Part shown: one piece after another, positions 1 to 12,500 of the stretch | How the letters are laid out: each line of letters starts with the position of its first letter | Numbering within the stretch: the stretch's first letter is position 1 | Assembly (NCBI RefSeq): GCF_052425735.1 | Contig: NC_135763.1 | Span: forward strand, 1,860,001 to 1,924,000 | Direction: 5' to 3' | Source of the DNA: Oculina patagonica | Lineage: Eukaryota | Length of the DNA stretch: 64,000 nt | The notes under the pieces: generated by a model | Database searches by the model: none | Told to the model about the DNA's origin: nothing | Seen by the model: only the letters and a program-made list of their open reading frames with translations | Translations under genes and position numbers: made by a program

Positions 1-668
1 GTAAAAGAACAGATTTAGCTCCAAGTAATAGCAGTCCGCGACAAGTGGGCGGTCACGGTGTGAAAGTGAGCTGACAAATACAAAAGAGCTTAGTTAACGC
101 CTTAATTAAATTGCAATATTTTTTTTTTTTTTACCAATTTGGGCGAATACTCAATGTCCCGCGTCCCTTGTGAACATTTCTTTACGATTTTAAGTGGGAC
201 GCTCTAATTTTTGGTGCACCTGAACGCCAATGTTTTCCTTTTAGTACTTACAACTCGTTAATTCGTTTTGCGCAAGTCTTAACAGGTTTTGTAGTGAAAC
301 GAGTCCAACGAAGTTATTAAGTTTTATTTTTTGATGATTTTTCAAAGATATTCACGAGGAAGGGACACGGGATTAATGCATGCATCGATTAGTGCATCCG
401 ATTAGTGCATGCATCGATCTGAAATAAATAGAGAAGAATGAATAAAGCTCTAACGAGTGGGAACGTTTCGAAGGTAGCGATAAAAATGTTACTGTTGTAA
501 GTAACACTGAAAACTAGCGCCCAAATTTAAGTAAAATTAGCTAAACAGTAAAGAATCAGAAAAAAATGTCACTTATTTATTCTTGTATGATAGAAGCACA
601 AGAAGCTAAGACTAATACAGTACTTAAGTAAAAGGCCTACTGATTTCAAAAGCCAAAAGCAAAATTAA

Positions 669-1328
669 GGACGTTCGCGCTAATTGTTTATGCGCATCCT
701 TACTGCGCACGTAGTTCATGTCGCAACGTCACGCGCGCCACGTCATGCACGAGCGCGCAGCGCTGAAGAATTTTTCTTAGCACATAAAGGGCTGGTAGTC
801 GTCGCGTGAACTTTGCTTACAATTAACTCTCTTAGATGGTCGGTGACCCCCACATTTTTTTGAACGGATCACTTTTGTTGACGTTTATCTACGTTAAGCG
901 TAAAAATAAAAAAAATCTTTCGATTTAAAGTTCGATTTTTTTGGTCCCACGTTCGTTCGAATGCCTCTTTTTAAGCTTTTCGTTTTGCTGTACGACGGTT
1001 TCAAAAACCGCTTTCAGGGATAAGTATTACAAAAAGTTAGCAACACTAGAATTTTTTTATGCAGCAGACCCACTTCTACAAAATATGACTAAGATAATTT
1101 GCCTCTTTTTTCTCATCTTCAATATTTTAAACTTTAAATCCTGTAAACCATAATGAATTGCGTTCGCCAATTTTTCAGAATCAGGGTAGTTTTCCACACG
1201 CTTTATCTCTGAAACGAAGTCGGTGACCCCCACTTTTTTTTGCATTTCCGACACAAGTAACTTATTATCTGACTGCTGTAAAAATTTTAAAAAAATCTAT
1301 CGACTAGAAAATTGTCGCGCGAACGTCC
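669..1328. mobile_element. Non-autonomous Kolobok-like MITE, copy 1
   Basis: TTAA|GGACGTTCGCGC...GCGCGAACGTCC|TTAA. A TTAA TSD with GG..CC termini fits Kolobok. Empty site with a single TTAA at ~1790-1793. Confidence 0.85.
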
Positions 1329-2458
1329 TTAAGTAAAAGAAAATATTTAGCTTCCAGTAATAGCTGTGGTACTTACAACTCGTTAATTCGTTTTGCGCAA
1401 GTCTTAATAGGTTTTGTAGTGAAACGAGTCCAACGAAGTTATTAAGTTTTATTTTTTGATGATTTTTCAAAGATATTCACGAGGAAGGGACACGGGATTA
1501 ATGCATGCATCGATTAGTGCATGCATCGATTTGAAATAAATAGAGAAGAATGAATAAAGCTCTAACGAGTAAGAACGTTTCGAAGGTAGCGATAAAAATT
1601 TTTACTGTTGTAAGTAAAAATCGAAACTAGCGCCTTAAATGTAAGTCAAATTAGAAAAACAGAAGATAATCAGAAAAGGATGCCACTTGATGTTTATTCT
1701 TGTACGATAGTAGCACAAAAAGCTTGCTAAGGTAATACAGTACTCAGTAAATAAAAAGACCTAGTGCCGATCAAAAACCAAAAGGAAATTTAAGTAAAAG
1801 AACAGATTTAGCTCCAAGTAATAGCAGTCCGCGACAAGTGGGCGGTCACGGTGTGAAAGTGAGCTGACAAATACAAAAGAGCTTAGTTAACGCCTTAATT
1901 TAATCACAATATTTTCTTTTTTTACCAATTTGGGCGAATACTCAATGTCCCGCGTCCCTTGTGAACATTTCTTTACGATTTTAAGTGGGACGCTCTAATT
2001 TTTGGTGCACTTGAACGCCAATGTTTTCCTTTTAGTACTTACAACTCGTTAATTCGTTTTGCGCAGGTCTTAACAGGTTTTGTAGTGAAAGGAGTCCAAC
2101 TTATTTTTTAATTTTTTTTTTTTAATATTTTTTCAAAAATATCACGAGGAAAGGGACACGGGATTAATGCATGCATCGATTAGTGCATCCGATTAGTGCA
2201 TGCATCGATCTGAAATAAATAGAGAAGAATGAATAAAACTCTAACGAGTGGGAACGTTTCGAAGGTAGCGATAAAAATGTTACTGTTGTAAGTAACACTG
2301 AAAACTAGCGCCCAAATTTAAGTAAAATTAGCTAAACAGTAAAGAATCAGAAAAAAATGTCACTTATTTATTCTTGTATGATAGAAGCACAAGAAGCTAA
2401 ACTAATACAGTACTTAAGTAAAAGGCCTACTGATTTTAAAAGCCAAAAGCAAAATTGA

Positions 2459-3107
2459 GGACGTTCGCGCTAATTGTTTATGCGCATCCTTACTGCGCAC
2501 GTAGTTCATGTCGCAACGTCACGCCACATCATGCACGAGCGCGCAGCGCTGAAGAATTTTTCTTAGCACATAAAGGGCTGGTAGTCGTCGCGTGAAATTT
2601 GCTTGCAATTAACTCTCTTAGATGGTCGGTGACCCCCACATTTTTTTGAACGGATCACTTTTGTTGACGATTATCTACGTTTAAGCGTAAAAATAAAATA
2701 AAAAATCTATCGATTTAAAGTTCGATTTTTTTGGTCCCACGTTCGTTCGAATGCCTCTTTTTAAGCTTTTCGCTTTGCTGTACGACGGTTTCAAAAACCG
2801 CTTTCAGGGATAAGTATTACAAAAAGTTAGCAACACTAGAATTTTTTTACGCAGCAGACCCACTTCTACAAAATATGACTAAGATAATTTGCCTCTTTTT
2901 TTCTCATCTTCAATATTTTAAACTTTAAATCCTGTAAACCATCCAATTTTTCAGAATCAGGATAGTTTTCCACACGCTTTATCTCTGAAACTAAGTCGGT
3001 GACCCCCACTTTTTTTTTTGCATTTCCGACACAAGTAACTTATTATTTGACTGCTGTAAAAATTTTTAAAAAAATCTATCGACTAGAAAATTTTCGCGCG
3101 AACGTCC
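2459..3107. mobile_element. Kolobok-like MITE, copy 2
   Basis: Same TIRs as copy 1; left TSD mutated to TTGA, right TTAA. Confidence 0.85.
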
Positions 3108-3686
3108 TTAAGTAAAAGAAAAGATTTAGCTCCAAGTAATAGCAGTCCGCGACAAGTGGGCGGTCACGGTGTGAAAGTGAGCTGACAAATACAAAAGAGC
3201 TTAGTTAACGCCTTAATTTAATCACAATATTTTCTTTTTTTACCAATTTGGGAGAATACTCAATGTCCCGCGTCCCTTGTAAACATTTCTTTACGATTTT
3301 AAGTGGGACGCTCTAATTTTTGGTGCACCTGAACGCCAATGTTTTCCTTTTAGTACTTACAACTCGTTAATTCGTTTTGCGCAAGTCTTAATAGGTTTTG
3401 TAGTGAAACGAGTCCAACGATAGTTATTAAGTTTTATTTTTTGATGATTTTTTAAAGATATTCACGAAGGAAGGGACACGGGATTAATGCATGCATCGAT
3501 TAGTGCATCCGATTAGTGCATGCATCGATCTGAAATAAATAGAGAAGAATGAATAAAGCTCTAACGAGTGGGAACCTTTCGAAGGTAGCGATAAAAATTT
3601 TACTGTTGTAAGTAACACTGAAAACTAGCGCCCAAATTTAAGTAAAATTAGCTAAACAGTAAAGAATCAGAAAAAAATGTCACTTA

Positions 3687-4491
3687 GGGCCGAATCGCAC
3701 AAGCGGACAAGTTTTAAATGTCATGACATTTTTGACAAAAACAAAATTGTCGCGACAAGTCAGAGACATCTTGAAGAGAACAAAAGGTGAAATTATTTGT
3801 ACAATAGCTTTGCACGTGCTTCTGGCATCCCTGTACATTTCTCAGCTCGGCCGTCTTGGGCAAACATTTAATATGCAGTACCACGCGGTAAAAAAATTCT
3901 AAAAAATTTGCATTTAGAGCACGCGTGTTCTCATGCAGTGGAATAATGAGTCGTCTCAAGATAACTTTTTCTTTTCTCATTCTTACATTGGGCAAATACT
4001 TCGCTTATAAACATGCCTTTCCTATCGCGGAAAGATTTTGCGGCTGAATTATGATAGTGAGAGCCACATCACGGTGCATACTATCGCAAAAATTTTGGTG
4101 TGCGTGTTGTTATTAGGTCCAGTTTGGGCCAAACACAATAACCAATCAACAACGTATTGTTATCTGGCATTACGAGGGCATGGGAATGCGACTTGTCATG
4201 AAATGTCCTGCCTCGAGGCAGGACTTCGGCCCTTTGATGATTTGTCCGTTTTGACAAAATTTGCCCTTGTCCAACAAGTCGTACGCACTTGTTTTTGCAA
4301 TTGTTTGACAAAATGTATCGCGCGTGCAACGCGGACCAATCATAAGACAGCTGCTTCTTTGTTTTCCTAAAATGTTGGACAAGTTGTAAGTCTCGAAAAA
4401 CGTAATCGCACTTGTGTTCTGCAACAAGTGACTCATTAATGATGAAATCTACCATTTGTTACAAAATTTGTCCGCTAGTGCGATTCGGCCC
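3687..4491. mobile_element. PIF/Harbinger-like MITE inserted in one array unit
   Basis: 24-bp TIR gggccgaatcgcac(a/t)agcggacaa; TTA TSD at 3684-3686 and 4492-4494. Other units show the empty site cacttatttattc. Confidence 0.88.
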
Positions 4492-4586
4492 TTATTTATT
4501 CTTGTATGAAAGAAGCACAAGAAGCTAAACTAATACAGTACTTAAGTAAAAGGCCTACTGATTTCAAAAGCCAAAAGCAAAATTAA

Positions 4587-5233
4587 GGACGTTCGCGCTA
4601 ATTGTTTATGCGCATCCTTACTGCGCACGTAGTTCATGTCGCAACGTCACGCGCGCCACGTCATGCACGAGCGCGCAGCGCTGAGGAATTTTTCTTAGCA
4701 CATAAAGGGCTGGTAGTCGTCGCGTGAACTTTGCTTACAATTAACTCTCTTAGATGGTCGGTGACCCCCACATTTTTTTAAACGGATCACTTTTGTTGAC
4801 GTTTATCTACGTTAAGCGTAAAAATAAAAAAAAATTTTTCGATTTAAAGTTCGATTTTTTTGGTCCCACGTTCGTTCGAATGCCTCTTTTTAAGCTTTTC
4901 GTTTTGCTGTACGACGGTTTCAAAAACCGCTTTCAGGGATAAGTATTACAAAAAGTTAGCAACACTAGAATTTTTTTATGCAGCAGACCCACTTCTACAA
5001 AATATGACTAAGATAATTTGCCTCTTTTTTCTCATCTTCAATATTTTAAACTTTAAATCCTGTAAACCATCCAATTTTTCAGAATCAGGGTAGTTTTCCA
5101 CACGCTTTATCTCTGAAACGAAGTCGGTGACCCCCACTTTTTTTTTGCATTTCCGACACAAGTAACTTATTATCTGACTGCTGTAAAAATTTAAAGAAAA
5201 TCTATCGACTAGAAAATTGTCGCGCGAACGTCC
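4587..5233. mobile_element. Kolobok-like MITE, copy 3
   Basis: TTAA|GGACGTTCGCGC...GCGCGAACGTCC|TTAA. Confidence 0.85.
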
Positions 5234-5911
5234 TTAAGTAAAAGAACAGATTTAGCTCCAAGTAATAGCAGTCCGCGACAAGTGGGCGGTCACGGTGTGA
5301 AAGTGAGCTGACAAATACAAAAGAGCTTAGTTAACGCCTTAATTTAATCACAATATTTTCTTTTTTTACCAATTTGGGCGAATACTCAATGTCCCGCGTC
5401 CCTTGTGAACATTTCTTTACGATTTTAAGTGGGACGCTCTGATTTTTAGTGCACCTGAACGCCAATGTTTTCCTTTTAGTACTTACAACTCGTTAATTCG
5501 TTTTGCGCAGGTCTTAACAGGTTTTGTAGTGAAACGAGTCCAACATTGTTATTAAGTTTTATTTTTTGATGATTTTTCATAATTTTTCATTTTTCACGAG
5601 GAAGGGACACGGGATTAATGCATGCATCGATTAGTGCATCCGATTAGTGCATGCATCGATCTGAAATAAATAGAGAAGAATGAATAAAGCTCTAACGAGT
5701 GGGAACGTTTCGAAGGTAGCGATAAAAATGTTACTGTTGTAAGTAACACTGAAAACTAGCGCCCAAATTTAAGTAAAATTCAGCTAAACAGTAAAGAATC
5801 AGAAAAAAGATGTCACTTATTTATTCTTGTATGATAGAAGCACAAGAAGCTAAACTAATACAGTACTTAAGTAAAAGGCCTACTGATTTCAAAAGCCAAA
5901 AGCAAAATTGA

Positions 5912-6572
5912 GGACGTTCGCGCTAATTGTTTATGCTCATCCTTACTGCGCACGTAGTTCATGTCGCAACGTCACGCGCGCCACATCATGCACGAGCGCG
6001 CAGCGCTGAAGAATTTTTCTTAGCACATAAAGGGCTGGTAGTCGTCGCGTGAACTTTGCTTGCAATTAACTCTCTTAGATGGTCGGTGACCTCCACATTT
6101 TTTTGAACGGATCACTTTTGTTGACGATTATCTACGTTTAAGCGTAAAAGTAAAAAAAATCTATCGATTAAAAGTTCGATTTTTTTGGTCCCACGTTCGT
6201 TCGAATGCCTCTTTTTAAGCTTTTCGTTTTGCTGTACGACGGTTTCAAATACCGCTTTCAGGGATAAGTATTACAAAAAGTTAGCAACACTAGAATTTTT
6301 TTTACGCAGCAGACCCACTTCTACAAAATATGACTAAGATAATTTGCCTGTTTTTTCTCATCTTCAATATTTTAAACTTTAAATCCTGTAAACCATAATG
6401 AATTGCGTTCGCCAATTTTTCAGAATCAGGGTAGTTTTCCACACGCTTTATCTCTGAAACGAAGTCGGTGACCCCCACTTTTTTTGCATTTCCGACACAA
6501 GTTACTTATAATCTGACTGCTGTAAAAATTTTAAAAAAATCTATCGACTAGAAAATTTTCGCGCGAACGTCG
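5912..6572. mobile_element. Kolobok-like MITE, copy 4
   Basis: Same family; left TTGA, right terminus mutated (gaacgtcg|ttaa). Confidence 0.8.
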
Positions 6573-6595
6573 TTAAGTAAAAGAAATATTTCTTC

Positions 6596-6633
<38 letters not shown>

Positions 6634-8524
6634 TTTAGCTCCAAGTAATAGCAGTCCGCGACGCGTGGGCGGTCACGGTGTGAAAGTGAGCTAACAAATA
6701 CAATAAGGCTTAATTAACGCCTTAATTTAATCACAATATTTTCTTTTTTTACCAATTTGGGCGAATACTCAATGTCCCGCGTCCCTTGTGAACATTTCTT
6801 TACGATTTTAAGTGGGACGCTCTAATTTTTGGTTCACCTGAACGCCAATGTTTTCCTTTTAGTACTTACAACTCGTTAATTCGTTTTGCGCAGGTCTTAA
6901 CAGGTTTTGTAGTGAAACGAGTCCAACGAAGTTATTAAGTTTTATTTTTTGATGATTTTTCAAAGCTATTCACGAATGAAGGGACACGGGATTAATGCAT
7001 GCATCGATTAGTGCATCCGATTAGTGCATGCATCGATCTGAAATAAATAGAGAAGAATGAATAAAGCTCTAACGAGTGGGAACCTTTCGAAGGTAGCGAT
7101 AAAAATGTTACCGTTGTAAGTAACACTGAAAACTAGCGCCCAAATTTAAGTAAAATTAGCTAAACAGTTAAGAATCAGAAAAAAGATGTCACTTATTTAT
7201 TCTTGTATGATAGAAGCACAAGAAGCTAAGCTAATACAGTACTTAAGTAAAAGGCCTACTGATAATAGCAGTCCGCGACAAGTGGGCGGTCACGGTGTGA
7301 AAGTGAGCTGACAAATACAAAAGAGCTTAGTTAACGCCTTAATTAAATTAAAATATTCTTTTACCAACTTATTAGGCCAATACTTAATGTCCCGAGTCCC
7401 TTGTGAACACTTCTTTATGATTTTATGTGGGACGCTCTAATTTTAGATGCACCTGAACGCCAATGTTTTCCTCTTAGCACTTTTTTGCGCAATGCCTCAT
7501 GTGACAGGTTTGTAGTGAAACGAGTTCAACGAAGTTATTAAGTTTTCTTTTTTAATGGTTTTAAAGATATTCACGAGGAAGGGACACAGGAAAAGAGCAT
7601 GCACTACCAGTTTTGTCGGGAAACAGTCAAATGAAAATGGGGGCCGGGGCCCGTTTTGATTTGACTGTTTCTCTTCAAAAGTAGTCAGGTTCGGCCATTT
7701 TTTTGACGGGTCCGTACCCCACGTACGCGATGGCCTTAAGGTAACTGCGATGAACTCTGGATCAACCAGTCCCCATAGTCGGCGTCGTCGTTTTGTGGGT
7801 CGCCGGTCACATCGCTCCATGGTTCGATCGCTCCCAATCAAAGTTAGATCGCTCCGTCAAAAAAAGTTAGATCGCTCCCAACAGAAGTTAGATCGCTCCA
7901 TAATAAGAATTATGACATTAAAGATCAACGAAATTCAATTTAACAGTGTTGACTGGTTGAATACTTAAGCTTACAACAATGCCATTGACTGGCAGTGCAC
8001 CATCAGAAGAAAGGTGTGTAACGATAGGTTTTAGGGCTGTAGAGCGTTTTCCTGGCTTGGATTGGAAATACAGTAAATATCGTGAAAAACAAAATTACTT
8101 AAAAACTTTTGCGTCTTGTTTTGTGTCTTGTACCCGGGGGGGGGGGGGGTACTCAAAAAAGTTTTAGTACGGGGAGGCTCCACCCCAAGCTCTTACCCCG
8201 TTACCCTTTTATATACCATTTTCACAGAAATTGTATATAGTATACCTTTTACTGAAAAAAAGGTACCCCTGTTCATATACCTAAAAGAGCTATTGGCATG
8301 AAACTTAGTTTATCAGGACGTTTTCTTGTCATTTTAATGTTGCGCATTATAAATTAAAATAATACAGCCATAAAAGTGCGTCTGTTCGAAATATTTTAAT
8401 TCAAGGCCCTATTAAAAAACCTAAATGACGGATTTACATACCTTTTCCATATACCTAAACTTCTGAAATCCCTACCCTATTGTATACCTGAAACCAATTT
8501 GAACAAAGGTCACCCTTTGTAGAT

Positions 8525-8556
<32 letters not shown>

Positions 8557-8645
8557 CGGGGCGGAGCCTCCCGTATAGGCCATTATATCGTGAAAGTGAA
8601 ATTACTCCCCCCCCCCTGTTTTGGGTCTTGTATTAATGAGAGCTA

Positions 8646-8820
8646 CAGTTGAATCCCGATAACTCGAACCTTCAAGGGAAATCAAAAACGGTTCGAATTA
8701 TCGGGAGTTCGAGTTAGCGAGGGTAAAATTAGTAAGAAAATAACCTGCAGGGGAATCGCAAAAGGTTCGAGTTATTGAGGGTTCGAGTTATTGAGGGTTC
8801 GAGTTATCGGGATTCATTTG
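8646..8820. mobile_element. Tc1/mariner-type MITE (TA TSD)
   Basis: TA|cagttgaatcccgataactcgaacc...ggttcgagttatcgggattcatttg|TA. A second copy lies at 46002-46180. Confidence 0.8.
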
Positions 8821-8824
8821 TATT

Positions 8825-9240
8825 GTGGAGTACCCTCATGTGGTACTGTTTATTATGCTGTTCAGAGCCTGTACATCGATGAAACCTCAATGTGTGACCA
8901 TTCAAATGATAGCATTGAGTATTTTTTATGTGATGTTTATTAAATACAGTGTACAAGGTGGTTCTAACTTTTTAAAGTCTGCATATGATACAGTAGTGTG
9001 TGACCATTTAAATAGCAGTGTTTTTATGTGGTACTGCTTACACTGTTCACAGCCGTCTTTTTTCTCGTTTTTGCCTTTGATCGTTAAACGAGACATCCTC
9101 GGAGACCCAGGAAAAGTCTATACGTTTATTATGCTGTACAAAGGTTCTAACTTTTAAGTCTGTGGATGAAACCCTAGTGTGTGACCATTCAAATGAAAGC
9201 TATTGAGCAGTAGTTTCATGTCGTACCCTGAGTGTGTGAC
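8825..9240 (+). repeat. Degenerate ~100-bp tandem repeat (gtgtgaccattcaaatgaaagctattgag... family)
   Basis: gtgtgaccatt recurs at ~8892, 8998 and 9179, each with shared gtacaa(gg)...ttctaactttt...aagtctg blocks. Confidence 0.75.
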
Positions 9241-9573
9241 TAAATGATTGTTTAAGTCAAGGAAGTACGCACAGCAAACACATGTCTGTATGATAGATAA
9301 ACCCTATATCAAGATCTTGATATTATTTGTCCTTGATGCCTGACGTACATTTCTTATAATGTTAATTCTGAGAATTCAGGTGTTTCTTGTGTTTCCAGGA
9401 CTTTCCAGTCCTGGAAAGTGCCAGATTATAATTCCAGGACTTGCCAGGTTTTCCAGGACCTGTATGAACCCTGTTACTTGCTTAGATGTTTTTTTTTTGT
9501 GCAAAATGCCAGTGTGAAATCCATGGATGGGACTTTAAGAAGAAAAAGGCTATAAAGTCACTAGGCTAAGGAA

Positions 9574-12500
9574 TTACTTGTCCATTGTTTTGAGATCAGA
9601 GGTGCTGTCATTCAAACCATACAAGCACTTTCGTACCATTTCTTCATGATTGTAACTGACATCCACATAATCACTATTGGATTTCATAGAACACATCCAG
9701 GACTTGACTTTTGGCCAAGGTGTCAGATCTAAGCACACCAATTCTAGCAGAGATAACACAATGGCAGTCCAGCTGTCTGCAAGTGTGGGAACAGCACAGC
9801 AAAGGAACTTGCGGTTGGAGAGATAGTGCTTTTCTAGCGTGTCCAAGTGAAAGAACACCTCTGTCTTGCCAAACTCTACTAAAGTTGTGTTTCCTTCTTT
9901 GGCTAAGGCATGTTCTGGTCGGTTTAAACTTGGGTAAACATAATTATTTCCAACATCCCTGGATATTAACAAAATATTTTAGTTGTACTGAATATGTACT
10001 TTTAAGCACCTACCTAGAGTCGGGGGAGGCGTGGTGGCCTAATGGTTAGCGTGCTTGACTCCGAGCCTTGGCCGGGGCACTGAATTGTGTTATTGGGCAA
10101 GACAATTTGCTCTTATAGTGCCTCTCTTCACCCAGGTGTATAAATGGGTACCAGCGAATTTACTGCTGGGGGGGTAACCCTGCAATGGACTGGCATCCCA
10201 TCCAGGGGGAGAAGCAATACTTCAAGTTACTTAATGCTAAAGGAAACCGGGATAAGCTCCGACTGTATGAGCCTCATGGCTCAAACACAGACTTAACCTT
10301 TACCTAGTGTCGGGGTCAGTACCTCCCAGCACTTGTTAGGTATCAGGGGCGGATCCAGGATTTCAAAAGGGGGGGGGGGGGTGGATGGCAGACCACTAGG
10401 GCCTAACCCTAACCCTAACCCTAAGTGGCGGCAGACGGCGAGACGTGGCGTAACAACAACTTGACATGAGCGAGAGCTAATTTTTCTTTCTTTCTTTATT
10501 TTCTGTTTCAAATAAAGTGACATTTCAAATTTTTTTTTTACTGAAAAATGGGGGGGTGGATATCCACCCTATCCACCCCCCTGTATCCGCCCCTGGGTAT
10601 ATACCTGATATTAAGTATTCAATGCAGGAAGGTGCATGGGAGCTAGAACTTTTGTGTCAGCCATGCAAAACTCTGAAGCAGTTTGCCAAGGGAACTTAGT
10701 CACATCCAATCTTTGTCAATTTTTAAACATACTGTAGCTACAGTTCACCCCATTAAGTGGCCACCCAAAGCGGCCAACCCCATAGGGCAGTACAAGTCCC
10801 GATGTGAACTGCCCCAGGGCACCAGGGGCGGCCCGCCCGATGAGCGTCCTGCCCGGGAGACACCACAGCCAGACCGTGACGGCGATCACACGGATGTCGT
10901 CCCTGTGACCGTATCTCACCTGGATGACCAAGACAATGCACGACAAGCCCCAAGCGGCCAACCCAAAGCGGCCAGGCCTCCCGAGGGTGGCCGCAATAGG
11001 GGTCAACGTATTACTAATTACTGCAGTTATTACAATTTATAACTGCACAGTCACACTACAATGTCTTAATGTTTGAATTTGTGCTCATCCACAAATTATT
11101 TGACCAACCCATGCTGGGATGAGTTTGATCATTAAGCCATTTCACCATAAGTAAGATTATTTACCAGAGCAGTACATGTTATACCTGAGAAGTGTGGTTG
11201 CAGCCCAGTTAATAACAGACTCTATCAGCGGTCTTTCATTACTGTTTCCAAAGCCAGCATGGTTGGTGAATTTCTCTGCCAAATAAAATATTATAGCTTG
11301 GCTGCAACAAAGGGAGTAGGTGCACTGTAAGTCAGTCATATTTGTTAACTTTGACTTATTATTAACAAGATGCAAGATAGGTGTAATGCATGCTCCAATT
11401 AGCTGAAAAACGGATCACAAAAGGTCTAACAGACTAGATCTTCCATTTCTCTATAACTGATTAAAGTTAGAGACAGTGTGGCCAAGTGGTTAGAGTGCTG
11501 GACTTGATTTCCTCATCTTGGTGAGGGGGACATAGGGGTTTGCGGTGTTGCTAACTTTTTTTATGCGGTGTTGCGGTGAATAAAATCCCATCTTGCAGTG
11601 TTGCGGTGATCTCAAACTCTGCGGTGTGCGATGTTTGTGTTTTAAAATCTACGGTGTTCGGTAAAACGAAATTATTGGCGGTGTTACGGTTTATTGTCTG
11701 ACACTTGCAGAACTAAATTTAGCTTTGCTAACTTCGTTAATCTGTTCTTTATATACTAGCATTTACGACATTTACCATATAAAATAAGTCAGATATCGTC
11801 TAGTTGATCATTAATATGCCTTAGCTGCCAATAGCAAGCTGTTTTCATTAATAAGTTACTTGATTATATTGCGATGACGGTGTTTGGTCAAATTTTCTTG
11901 GCGGTGATGCGGTGTTTGTGTCTTATTTTTGCGGTGTTTATAGTGTGCCCCCATGTCCCCCTCCGTGGTGGTGGGTGCAAGTCTCATTCTGGCCACTAGC
12001 TGGTGTTATTCTCGGTTAAGTCCCGAGTTCAACTCCTCTGCTACATTTGTAAATAGCCAGCTGATCTGCCTCTTGCCAGCTGGGAGTCTTAACCGTGTTA
12101 AGTTCATTTACAATATTTGTTTCAGTGTTTGTCAACACTGGCCCTGAAAAGCCCTGTTGGAGGAGTAAGATATTTATTCATTTTAACTAAAAAGGCTTGC
12201 AAGGACTGAGAGGAACTAGTAATCACTGAAAAGTACATACATTACAATTCAAAGCTCTCCTTGCAAACACTCTCGCAAGTGACCAGTTCTAGTAAAACCA
12301 CCATACCTTCCATAAATACTGAGGTCTCCGTCTTGTAACAATGGCACTGATCCAAGAGGGCTTATGTTTTCAAAATCTGAAGGCTTCTCATCCACATCAA
12401 CCATTGTACATTCAATTTTATTCTAGAGGAGTAGAATAATCCATTTCAAAAAATGTTCTCAATGTTCTCAAACCCTGACCCTATTTAAGGATAAAGAAAC

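Larger units (their letters stand above)
1..7590. repeat. Tandem array of a ~665-bp unit (gtaaaagaacagatttagctcc...aaaagcaaaat), most copies followed by a ~650-bp MITE; runs off the left window edge
   Basis: Unit starts recur at ~1, 1333 (partly deleted), 1794, 3112, 5238, 6577 and 7262 (partial, more diverged). Each full unit contains the palindromic block taatgcatgcatcgattagtgcat. Confidence 0.95.

Noticed and set aside
3714-4455. Overlapping 88-124 aa ORFs in the Harbinger-like MITE
   Set aside because: No recognisable DDE or Myb/SANT motif; consistent with chance ORFs.
941-5161. Repeated short ORFs (MVPRSFECLF..., KKVGVTDF...)
   Set aside because: They lie inside non-coding MITE copies, vary by frameshift between copies, and show no transposase motifs.
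7811-7899. CRISPR-like spaced repeats (aagttagatcgctcc)
   Set aside because: Spacers are under 10 nt, there are no cas genes and the context is eukaryotic; these look like transposon subterminal repeats.
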